Assembly (NCBI GenBank): GCA_900319225.1
Contig: ONNV01000001.1
Span: 96,663-160,662, forward strand
Source: an uncultured Prevotellaceae bacterium
Lineage (GTDB): Bacteria > Bacteroidota > Bacteroidia > Bacteroidales > Bacteroidaceae
DNA length: 64,000 bases
Direction of reading: 5' to 3'
Below the pieces are notes generated by a model that was not told the origin of the DNA, ran no database searches, and was given only the letters and a program-made list of their open reading frames with translations. A program made the translations under genes and the position numbers. Positions within the stretch are counted from its first letter, which is position 1. Each line of letters opens with the position of its first letter. Positions 11,343 through 19,038 of the stretch are shown in pieces.

Positions 11343-12530
11343 ATGAACAAACTTAGCGAAAGATGCGCCCAATATACACTACCTCAGGAAGGTAAGGCGC
11401 AGGGAATTTATCCGTATCACAAGTGCTTGTCGACAATGCAGGATACGGAGGTTACCATGGAGGGACGAAAAGTTCTTATGTTCGGTTCAAACTCTTATCT
11501 GGGTCTGACCAATCATCCAAAAGTAATAGAGGCTTCAATTGAGGCAGTAAAGAAATACGGTACAGGTTGCGCCGGTTCACGTTATCTGAACGGCACGCTT
11601 GACCTGCATCAGCAGTTTGAGGCCGAGCTTGCGGAGTTTGTAGGTAAAGAGGACGCAATGATATTCTCAACCGGTTTCCAGACAAACCTGGGCACAATCT
11701 CATGTCTTATGGGGCGTGATGACTATGTTATCTGCGATGACCTGGACCATGCATCGATTGTGGACGGCCGCCGTCTCTCTTTCGCAAAGCCGCTCAAGTT
11801 CAAGCACAATGACATGGCGTCACTTGAGAAAACCCTTCAGCGCTGCGAACCCGATTCACTGAAACTGGTGGTTGTGGACGGCGTATTCAGTATGGAGGGT
11901 GACCTGGCCGATCTGCCCGGAATCATTGCTCTCAAGGACAAGTACAACTGCGCCGTCATGGTCGATGAGGCTCACGGACTTGGAGTTCTGGGTGATCACG
12001 GACGCGGCGTGTGCAACCATTTTGGCCTGACTGACCAGGTGGATATCATAATGGGTACATTCAGTAAGTCACTGGCTGCCATCGGCGGTTTTGTAGCTGC
12101 CGATGCAAGCGTGATCAACTGGATACGTCATCACTCACGCTCATACATTTTCAGTGCCAGCAACACTCCTGCAGCTACCGCTGCCGCACGTGCTGCCCTG
12201 CAGATTATGAAGAATGAGCCGGAGCGCATACAGCATCTGTGGGATCTTACCAATTACGCACTGAATAACTTCCGTCAGCTGGGATTTGAGATAGGAAAGA
12301 CTTCAACTCCTATCATCCCGCTCTACATAAGGGATTTCTACAAGACGTTCTTTATCACCAAGATGCTGTTTGAGGAGGGCGTGTTCGTGAATCCGGTTAT
12401 CCCGCCGGCATGTTCACCTGAGGATACCCTGATACGTTTCTCACTCATGGCAACCCACACCAAGGAGCAGATTGACATAGCTACCGAGAAGCTTGTCAAG
12501 TGCTTCAAGGCTTACGAGATTTTGAAATAA
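11343..12530 (+). CDS. spt: Alpha-oxoamine synthase family enzyme, most likely serine palmitoyltransferase
   Basis: 395 aa: ..VLMFGSNSYLGLTNHPKVIEA..GCAGSRYLNGTLDLH..GTFSKSLAAIGGF..SASNTPA... It is recalled as collinear with the Bacteroides sphingolipid Spt. The AONS/KBL alternative cannot be excluded without a search. Confidence 0.75.
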   Translation: MNKLSERCAQYTLPQEGKAQGIYPYHKCLSTMQDTEVTMEGRKVLMFGSNSYLGLTNHPKVIEASIEAVKKYGTGCAGSRYLNGTLDLHQQFEAELAEFVGKEDAMIFSTGFQTNLGTISCLMGRDDYVICDDLDHASIVDGRRLSFAKPLKFKHNDMASLEKTLQRCEPDSLKLVVVDGVFSMEGDLADLPGIIALKDKYNCAVMVDEAHGLGVLGDHGRGVCNHFGLTDQVDIIMGTFSKSLAAIGGFVAADASVINWIRHHSRSYIFSASNTPAATAAARAALQIMKNEPERIQHLWDLTNYALNNFRQLGFEIGKTSTPIIPLYIRDFYKTFFITKMLFEEGVFVNPVIPPACSPEDTLIRFSLMATHTKEQIDIATEKLVKCFKAYEILK

Positions 12531-12560
12531 AAAATATTTGCTTGTTCTGCTCTAAAAGCG

Positions 12561-12568
12561 TACCTTTG
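12561..12568 (+). promoter_or_regulatory. -7 promoter box (TAccTTTG) upstream of tRNA-Pro
   Basis: TACCTTTG lies 28 nt upstream of the mature tRNA 5' end. Confidence 0.55.
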
Positions 12569-12595
12569 TGCCGCTTTTCTGGACAGAGAGGCTTT

Positions 12596-12670
12596 CGGGA
12601 TGTAGTTCAGTCCGGTTAGAATGCCTGGTTTGGGACCAGGTGGTCGAAGGTTCGAATCCTTTCATCCCGA
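12596..12670 (+). tRNA. tRNA-Pro (anticodon TGG)
   Basis: Manual cloverleaf: acceptor CGGGATG/CATCCCG, anticodon stem CCTGG/CCAGG with loop TTTGGGA, T-arm GAAGG-TTCGAAT-CCTTT, discriminator A. No encoded CCA. Confidence 0.9.
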
Positions 12671-12674
12671 CTAT

Positions 12675-12710
12675 GAAACAGTGGCTCAAATAGCTGCTGT
12701 TTCTTTTTTT
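12675..12710 (+). terminator. Rho-independent terminator after tRNA-Pro
   Basis: Stem GAAACAG (12675-12681) / CTGTTTC (12697-12703), followed by a T7 run. Confidence 0.55.
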
Positions 12711-12741
12711 GCAATCTTAGCTGATTTTGGAAAGATTCCTG

Positions 12742-12759
12742 TCGGGATGAAAGGATTCG
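12742..12759. repeat. Inverted copy of the 3' end of tRNA-Pro (18/18 nt)
   Basis: TCGGGATGAAAGGATTCG is the exact reverse complement of 12653-12670 (T-loop, T-stem and acceptor 3' strand of the adjacent tRNA-Pro). Confidence 0.9.
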
Positions 12760-12780
12760 GACCGTGGGGCAAGGCCCCAC

Positions 12781-12894
12781 TTACCTCCTTTTATTTTGCT
12801 ACGCAAAAGCGCTCCATTTCATTTCGCTTGGCGGCCCTCCGGGACCGCGGTCTCGTTCGTCGCCTCACTCGCTCCGATACGTTTGTCCCTGCGT
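12781..12894. repeat. tRNA-downstream conserved element, copy 1 (homologous to 44984-45096)
   Basis: Shared blocks: TACCT.CTTTTA.TTTGCTA.CGCAAA ... GCGGCCCTCCGGGACCGCG.TCTCG ... CTCGCTC ... ATACGTT.G..CCTGCGT. Confidence 0.8.
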
Positions 12895-12977
12895 TATTCT
12901 TCAATTTTCAATTCTCCACTCTCAATTATTTTATAAAAAGGTTGGGGGGTAATAAAAAAGGTGTACCTTTGCGGTCA

Positions 12978-13065
12978 GGAAAGCAGAATGGATTGAATCA
13001 GAGTTTTCCTATTATTGAGTTGTGCGCATAACGCACATTGTGTACGGTAACGTACCCTTTTTTTT
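12978..13065 (+). ncRNA. Candidate small RNA (promoter-to-terminator unit of about 85-90 nt)
   Basis: A -7 box TACCTTTG at 12964-12971 is followed by hairpins TGTGCG/CGCACA (13021-13037) and GTACG-GTAA-CGTAC (13042-13055), then CC and T8 (13058-13065). No ORF longer than 2 codons starts at the only ATG. Confidence 0.35.
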
Positions 13066-13206
13066 GAGTTGGTTACTTTATAACCGATGGTTGTCAACAA
13101 CCGCCCGACTTGGAAAACGGTCAATAAGAAGAGTAGTAAAAGTATTTGTTTACTATATAGACTCTGATTTGAAAGTACAAAGGCATTGCTGCCTACGTAC
13201 CTGAGA

Positions 13207-13246
13207 CGTAAACAAGAGAGGTTTTATTGTTTATGTCTTTTTTTTG
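13207..13246 (+). terminator. Strong terminator/attenuator hairpin 65 nt upstream of the speA start
   Basis: ACGTAAACAA (13207-13216) pairs with TTGTTTATGT (13228-13237), including one G-U pair, with an 11-nt loop. CTTTTTTTT follows. A second hairpin CCCCTT-AAAA-AAGGGG comes immediately after. Confidence 0.5.
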
Positions 13247-13310
13247 TCCCCTTAAAAAAGGGGCGGGAAAAAGGCTGGATGGTTGAACTTTTAAAACGTT
13301 TTTGAAGTAG

Positions 13311-14768
13311 ATGGATCAGCGAAAAGCTCCCGTTTATGAAGCCCTTCAGGAGTTCCGCAGGAACAGAGTGGTACCATTCGATGTACCTGGTCACAAAAGA
13401 GGTAGGGGAAACCCCGAACTTGTAGCTCTGCTGGGTAAGCAGTGCGTTGAGTTGGATGTGAACTCAATGAAACCCCTGGACAATCTGTGTCATCCCATTT
13501 CAGTTATCAAAGAGGCTGAGGAACTGGCCGCCGAGGCATTCGGAGCCGCACATGCATTCCTTATGGTGGGCGGTACCACATCGGCCGTACAGACTATGGT
13601 GCTGACCGCATGCAAGAGCGGTGAGAAGATAATCCTGCCGCGTAACGTGCACCGCAGCGTCATCAACGCCCTGGTTGTGAATGGTGCAACTCCCATCTAT
13701 GTGAATCCCGATACGGACAACCGCCTGGGTATAGCTCTGGGCATGAAGATATCACAGGTGGAGCGTGCCATTGAGGAGAACCCCGAGGCAAAAGCCATCC
13801 TGGTGAACAACCCCACATACTACGGTATCTGCTCCAACCTTAAGAAGATTGTGGAACTGGCCCATGAGCACGGCATGATGGTGCTGGTGGATGAGGCTCA
13901 CGGAACACACTTCTACTTTGGTGAGAACATGCCTTTGACGGCCATGGCAGCCGGGGCCGATATGTCATCGGTCTCAATGCACAAATCAGGCGGAAGCCTT
14001 ACGCAGAGCTCATTCCTGCTTACAGGCCCTAACGTCAGCGCCGGTTATGTGCGTCAGGTAATCAACCTCACCCAGACCACAAGCGCATCATATCTGCTTA
14101 TCTCAAGTCTTGACATATCACGCCGTAATCTGGCCCTGCGCGGTAAGGAACTCTTTGCCGAGGTTATGCGTATTGCCGATTACGCCCGCACAGAGATCAA
14201 CAAGATAGGCGGTTACTACGCATACGGCAAGGAGCTGATAAACGGTGACAGTGTATATGACTTTGACCCCACCAAACTGACTGTCTACACACTGGATATC
14301 GGCCTGGCCGGCATTGAGGTGTATGACCTGCTGCGTGACGAGTATGACATCCAGCTGGAGTTGGGTGATATGGGTAACGTGCTGGCTTACATATCGATAG
14401 GTGACCGTATGCGTGAGGTGGAGCGTTTGGTTAGCGCGCTGGTTGACGTGAAGCGCCGATACAGCAAGGACCGCACCGGTCTGTTTGACCATGAGTATAT
14501 CAACCCTTCGGTGGTTATGACTCCGCAGGAGGCTTTCTATGCTCCCAAGGAGGAGATGATTCCCATTCGTGAGACCAACGGACGTATCTGTACGGAGTTC
14601 GTGATGTGTTATCCTCCCGGAATTCCTATCCTGGCACCGGGTGAGCGTATCACGCAGGAAATCATCGATTATATCCTTTATGCAAAGGAGAAAGGCTGCC
14701 AGCTCACCGGCCCCGAGGATGAGAAGGTTGAGCGTCTGAATGTGATTAGGGAAAGTACAACATATTGA
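13311..14768 (+). CDS. speA: PLP-dependent Orn/Lys/Arg decarboxylase (aminotransferase-fold, Bacillus SpeA-like arginine decarboxylase)
   Basis: 485 aa: ..VPFDVPGHKRG..VGGTTSAVQ..VDEAHGTHF..SMHKSGGSLTQSS (PLP lysine). It is the first gene of the polyamine operon. Confidence 0.8.
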   Translation: MDQRKAPVYEALQEFRRNRVVPFDVPGHKRGRGNPELVALLGKQCVELDVNSMKPLDNLCHPISVIKEAEELAAEAFGAAHAFLMVGGTTSAVQTMVLTACKSGEKIILPRNVHRSVINALVVNGATPIYVNPDTDNRLGIALGMKISQVERAIEENPEAKAILVNNPTYYGICSNLKKIVELAHEHGMMVLVDEAHGTHFYFGENMPLTAMAAGADMSSVSMHKSGGSLTQSSFLLTGPNVSAGYVRQVINLTQTTSASYLLISSLDISRRNLALRGKELFAEVMRIADYARTEINKIGGYYAYGKELINGDSVYDFDPTKLTVYTLDIGLAGIEVYDLLRDEYDIQLELGDMGNVLAYISIGDRMREVERLVSALVDVKRRYSKDRTGLFDHEYINPSVVMTPQEAFYAPKEEMIPIRETNGRICTEFVMCYPPGIPILAPGERITQEIIDYILYAKEKGCQLTGPEDEKVERLNVIRESTTY

Positions 14769-14780
14769 TTCTGACTGACA

Positions 14781-15644
14781 ATGGAATTCTGGTTTACTGA
14801 GCTTCATACTCCAAACGTAAAGTTCTCCGTAAAGGTTGACAAGCACCTTTACACTTCCGAGAATGACTTGGGTCGTGTTGATATTTTTGAGTCGCCTGAG
14901 TTTGGCCGTTTCCTGGCCGTTGACGGTTACATCATTTTCACCCAGCGTGATGAGTTTATCTATGATGAGATGCTGTCACACGTGCCTATGGCCGTGAATC
15001 CCGCCATTGAGAGGATATTGGTATTCGGATCAGGTGACGGAGGTGTGGTACGCGAGCTGCTCAAGTACAAGACGGTCAAGACCATTGACCTTATTGAGAT
15101 AAATGAGGGTGTGGTTCAGGCCTGCCGTGAGTATTTCCCCGAGATGGCCGAGTCACTGGATGATCCGCGCGTGACCATCTACACTGAGAACGCCCTGCGT
15201 TTTATCCGCCACATTGAGAATGAGTATGACCTTATTATAGTTGACTCGGCCGGTTTCTACGGACCTGGTGAGAGTCTGCTTACCCGTGAGTTCTACGGCA
15301 GTTGCTACAAGGCTCTAAAGGCCGATGGAATCATGGTAAATCAGCATCAGAGTCCCTTCTATGAGGAGGACCGCATTGAGACCCAGAAGGCCCATAAGCG
15401 TATCGTGAACAGCTTCCCCATAAGCCGCGTATATCAGGCTCATATCCCCACATACCCGTCGGGTTACTGGCTGTTCGGATTCGCATCCAAGAAGTTCCGT
15501 CCGGTGATTGACCTGGATGCCGAGGCCTGGAACCAGCTTGGAATCAAGACCGATTATTACACAACCAACCTCCATAAAGGTTGTTTTGCACTCCCCGCAT
15601 ATGTGGAGCGCATGCTGTCAGATGTGGAGCGTATATATGATTAA
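14781..15644 (+). CDS. speE: Spermidine synthase-family aminopropyltransferase homologue with a non-canonical active-site motif
   Basis: 287 aa: MEFWFTE..FGRFLAVDGYIIFTQRDEFIYDEML.HVP..VFGSGDGGVVRELLK..IDLIEIN... The canonical DS(T/S)DP box reads DSAGF here. Confidence 0.75.
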   Translation: MEFWFTELHTPNVKFSVKVDKHLYTSENDLGRVDIFESPEFGRFLAVDGYIIFTQRDEFIYDEMLSHVPMAVNPAIERILVFGSGDGGVVRELLKYKTVKTIDLIEINEGVVQACREYFPEMAESLDDPRVTIYTENALRFIRHIENEYDLIIVDSAGFYGPGESLLTREFYGSCYKALKADGIMVNQHQSPFYEEDRIETQKAHKRIVNSFPISRVYQAHIPTYPSGYWLFGFASKKFRPVIDLDAEAWNQLGIKTDYYTTNLHKGCFALPAYVERMLSDVERIYD

Positions 15645-15647
15645 GCC

Positions 15648-16502
15648 ATGCTGCAGAGGAACGTTGAGACTTTTATAGGTTGTGATGCCTCATATGATGA
15701 TGCACGCATAGTACTGTTCGGAGCACCGTTTGACTCCACCACGTCATTCCGCCCCGGTACCCGTTTTGCCCCGCATGCCATCCGCTCCGAGTCATTCGGA
15801 CTTGAGACCTACAGCCCCTGGCTGGACCGCGACCTAGAGGATATAAGCGTGTTTGACAGCGGTGACATTGAACTCTGCATCGGTAGTGCCGATAAGGCCC
15901 TTGACCAGATATCGGAGCGTACCGCCACCATACTTAAGGACGGCAAGATTCCGTTCATGATAGGAGGTGAGCATCTGGTAACGCTTGGCGCATTCCGTGA
16001 GGTATTCAAAAAATACCCCGACATACACATAATCCACTTTGACGCCCATACAGACCTGCGTGACGACTATCTGGATGTGAAGCTCTCACACGCCTGTGTA
16101 ATCCGCCGCTGCCATGACCTGGTGGGCGACGGCCGCATACACCAGTTCGGAATCCGTTCCGGCGAGCGTGCCGAGTGGCGTTGGGCCCGCCAAGGCCACA
16201 CTGACCTGCATCCGTTCAGCTTTGACGGACTTGCAGAGACCGTGAAGGGACTGGGTTCCACGCCCGTCTATTTTACTATAGACCTGGATGTGATGGATCC
16301 CTCAGTATTCCCCGGCACAGGCACCCCAGAGTACGGAGGCGTTACATTCATTCAGCTCTTTGAGGCATTAAAGACCGTATGTGGCGGTTGCAACATAGTA
16401 GGCCTTGACGTAAACGAGCTCTGCCCGCCTTACGATCAGACAGGAGCGTCTACAGCCGCTGCCTGCAAAATAATTCGTGAATTACTATTAAGCATCAGAT
16501 AA
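15648..16502 (+). CDS. speB: Ureohydrolase family enzyme (agmatinase or aminopropylagmatine ureohydrolase)
   Basis: 284 aa with Mn-binding blocks GGEHLVTLG, HFDAHTDL and DLDVMDPS. Confidence 0.85.
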   Translation: MLQRNVETFIGCDASYDDARIVLFGAPFDSTTSFRPGTRFAPHAIRSESFGLETYSPWLDRDLEDISVFDSGDIELCIGSADKALDQISERTATILKDGKIPFMIGGEHLVTLGAFREVFKKYPDIHIIHFDAHTDLRDDYLDVKLSHACVIRRCHDLVGDGRIHQFGIRSGERAEWRWARQGHTDLHPFSFDGLAETVKGLGSTPVYFTIDLDVMDPSVFPGTGTPEYGGVTFIQLFEALKTVCGGCNIVGLDVNELCPPYDQTGASTAAACKIIRELLLSIR

Positions 16503-16503
16503 A

Positions 16504-17769
16504 ATGGGAAAGGTATTGGTTATAGGCTGCGGAGGTGTAGCCCAGGTTGCGATTCAGAAATGCGCCCAGAACGACGCAGTTTTTGACGAGATTTGCATTG
16601 CCAGCCGTACGGTTAGCAAGTGTGACGACCTTAAGAAGAAGATTGAGGCCCAGGGTAAGAGCCGCTCCAAGATTACCACAGCTAAGGTGAATGCTGACAG
16701 CGTGGATGAGTTGATAGCCCTGATCAAGAGCGTAAAGCCCGATGTAGTACTGAACCTGGCCCTGCCGTATCAGGACCTGACCATCATGGATGCCTGCCTG
16801 GCATGCGGCGTTCATTACGTTGACTCAGCCAACTATGAGCCCGAGGATACCGAGGATCCCACTTGGCGCAAGATTTATGAGAAGCGCTGCAAAGAGCAAG
16901 GTTTCACCGCCTATTTTGACTACTCCTGGCAGTGGGCATACCAGAAGCGTTTCCAGGATGCCGGCATCATGGGTATTCTGGGTACCGGATTTGATCCGGG
17001 CGTAACCAGCGTATTCACGGCATACGCACTCAAGCACTATTTTGACCAGATTGATACCATCGATATCCTGGACTGCAACGGCGGTGACCACGGTTATCCC
17101 TTTGCAACCAACTTCAACCCCGAGATCAACCTGCGTGAGGTATCGGCCAACGGTTCATACTGGGAGAACGGCCACTGGGTAGAGACCAAGCCCATGGAGA
17201 TAAAGCGCGAGTACAACTTTGAGCAGGTAGGTATGAAGGATATGTATTTGCTTCATCATGAGGAGATTGAGTCACTCGCCAAGAACATTCCCGGCGTAAA
17301 GAGAATCCGTTTCTTCATGACATTCGGCCAGAGCTACCTTACTCACATGAAGTGTCTTGAGAACGTAGGTATGCTGCGCACCGACCCCGTTATGTTTGAG
17401 GGCCGTGAGATTGTTCCCATTCAGTTCCTCAAGGCTCTGCTGCCCGATCCCGCATCGCTGGGCCCGCGCACAGTAGGCAAGACCAACATAGGCTGCATCT
17501 ATACCGGTACCAAGGACGGCAAGAAACGCAGCATCAAGATATACAACGTTTGTGACCATCAGGAGTGCTATAAGGAGCTGGGCTCACAGGCCATCTCTTA
17601 TACCACCGGTGTCCCCGCCATGATCGGTACCGCAATGGTTATGACCGGCACATGGAAGGGCGCAGGCGTGTTCAACGTTGAGGAGTTTGATCCGGATCCC
17701 TACATGGAGGGCCTGAACAAGTGGGGCCTGCCTTGGGTTGTGGATGAGAATCCCGTACTTGTAGACTGA
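16504..17769 (+). CDS. Saccharopine-dehydrogenase-family carboxy(nor)spermidine dehydrogenase/synthase
   Basis: 421 aa with an N-terminal Rossmann motif KVLVIGCGGVAQ. It lies directly upstream of the carboxynorspermidine decarboxylase gene, which is the usual pairing. Confidence 0.8.
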   Translation: MGKVLVIGCGGVAQVAIQKCAQNDAVFDEICIASRTVSKCDDLKKKIEAQGKSRSKITTAKVNADSVDELIALIKSVKPDVVLNLALPYQDLTIMDACLACGVHYVDSANYEPEDTEDPTWRKIYEKRCKEQGFTAYFDYSWQWAYQKRFQDAGIMGILGTGFDPGVTSVFTAYALKHYFDQIDTIDILDCNGGDHGYPFATNFNPEINLREVSANGSYWENGHWVETKPMEIKREYNFEQVGMKDMYLLHHEEIESLAKNIPGVKRIRFFMTFGQSYLTHMKCLENVGMLRTDPVMFEGREIVPIQFLKALLPDPASLGPRTVGKTNIGCIYTGTKDGKKRSIKIYNVCDHQECYKELGSQAISYTTGVPAMIGTAMVMTGTWKGAGVFNVEEFDPDPYMEGLNKWGLPWVVDENPVLVD

Positions 17770-17777
17770 TTCTTCTG

Positions 17778-18920
17778 ATGGACGTAAAGCAACTGCATAC
17801 ACCGTGTTACGTCATTGACCGTGACCGCCTGGAGGCTAACCTCAAGGTGCTGCGCGGCGTAATGGACCGTACCGGCTGCCGAATCCTGCTGGCACAGAAG
17901 GCGTTCAGCTGCTATGCCGTCTATCCGCTTATATCACAATATCTCTGTGGCGCAACCGCAAGCGGGCTCTTTGAGGCCCGCCTGTGCCACGAGGAGATGC
18001 CCGGTCGTGAGAATCACATATTCTCTCCTGCGTTCCGTGAGGAGGATATGCCGGAGATCCTGAAAATATGCGACCATATTGTTTTCAATTCCATTAGGCA
18101 GCTTGAATTGTTTGGCTTTAGAGCCAAGGAGGCTGGGCAGCAGGTTGGCTTGCGTATCAATCCGCAGATTTCTACCCAGCCGGCTGAGCATGCAATCTAT
18201 GATCCTTGCGCTCCCGGGAGTAGGTTGGGTGTAACTTTGGCGGAGTTCCTTGATGTACCTGCTGAGTTGCTTTCTTTGCTTGATGGCCTCCATTTCCATA
18301 CTCTCTGTGAGCAGAATTCCGATGATCTGGAAATAACTCTGAACGGCTTTGAGGAGCAGTTCCGTGAGTGGCTCCCGCAGATGAAATGGGTAAACTTTGG
18401 CGGCGGACACCATATTACCCGCGCTGATTACGATATTCCGCGTCTGGAGCGTTGCATCAAACGTATGAGCGAAGGTTATGGCCTTATGGTCTATCTTGAG
18501 CCGGGTGAGGCAATCGCCCTCAACGCCGGTTATCTGCATACCCAGGTGCTTGAGGTGCAGCATCACGCAGGAGCAATGGATATCGCAATCGTGGATACAT
18601 CGGCCGCATGTCATATGCCCGATGTGCTTGAGATGCCTTATCGGCCTCCGCTCAGAGACAGCGGTCAGCCTCAGGAAAAGAAATACACCTACCGCCTGGG
18701 AGGCCCCACATGCTTATCGGGCGATATAATAGGGGAGTACTCGTTCGATACCCCATTAAAAGAAGGTCAGACCCTCATATTCGAGGATATGGCCATCTAC
18801 TCCATGGTCAAGAACAACACCTTTAACGGTATGCCCCTGCCGTCAATCTACCTTAAGCAGGGTTCAGACTACACTCTGATCAAATCCTTCACTTACACTG
18901 ACTTCAAGTCCCGCCTTTGA
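17778..18920 (+). CDS. nspC: Carboxy(nor)spermidine decarboxylase
   Basis: 380 aa, alanine-racemase-fold decarboxylase: TPCYVIDRDRLEANLKVL..AQKAFS..NFGGGHHIT..GGPTCLSGD. Its stop codon TGA is the first 3 nt of a hairpin repeat. Confidence 0.85.
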   Translation: MDVKQLHTPCYVIDRDRLEANLKVLRGVMDRTGCRILLAQKAFSCYAVYPLISQYLCGATASGLFEARLCHEEMPGRENHIFSPAFREEDMPEILKICDHIVFNSIRQLELFGFRAKEAGQQVGLRINPQISTQPAEHAIYDPCAPGSRLGVTLAEFLDVPAELLSLLDGLHFHTLCEQNSDDLEITLNGFEEQFREWLPQMKWVNFGGGHHITRADYDIPRLERCIKRMSEGYGLMVYLEPGEAIALNAGYLHTQVLEVQHHAGAMDIAIVDTSAACHMPDVLEMPYRPPLRDSGQPQEKKYTYRLGGPTCLSGDIIGEYSFDTPLKEGQTLIFEDMAIYSMVKNNTFNGMPLPSIYLKQGSDYTLIKSFTYTDFKSRL

Positions 18921-18946
18921 CACAGAAGGATCAGTTCCCTGTGTTA
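18918..18946. repeat. TGACACAG-family hairpin repeat, copy 1 (left direct repeat flanking the ATPase gene)
   Basis: TGACACAGAAGGATCAGTTCCCTGTGTTA: stem of about 8 bp and a 13-nt loop. It is 28/29 identical to 20386-20414. Confidence 0.9.
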
Positions 18947-19038
18947 CACGTGAGCAAAAACTATGAATTAATCAGAGTTTATATGATTTTTTTATAGTTT
19001 TGATTATATTTGCCTCAAAAATAATGGCAGTAATTGCA

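Noticed and set aside
12621-13031. A 136-aa ORF starting inside tRNA-Pro, and similarly 44650-45087 (+) and 44859-45062 (-) across tRNA-His.
   Set aside because: They begin within or run through tRNA genes, terminators and the conserved non-coding element. There is no protein conservation between the two homologous loci.
12596-13310. An integrative element or prophage inserted at tRNA-Pro or tRNA-His.
   Set aside because: There is no integrase, excisionase or phage-like gene next to either tRNA. The tRNA-derived fragments are inverted, not direct repeats, and the flanking genes are ordinary chromosomal functions.
14118-14846. Long antisense ORFs opposite conserved genes: 14118-14846 (-), 17934-18614 (-), 46898-47686 (+), 53738-54559 (+), 54676-55413 (+), 48436-49050 (+) and 57003-57599 (+).
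   Set aside because: Each is embedded opposite a gene with strong, recognisable family motifs (speA, nspC, AGCS, folD, ffh, GH9, malQ). Their translations are compositionally odd with no motifs.
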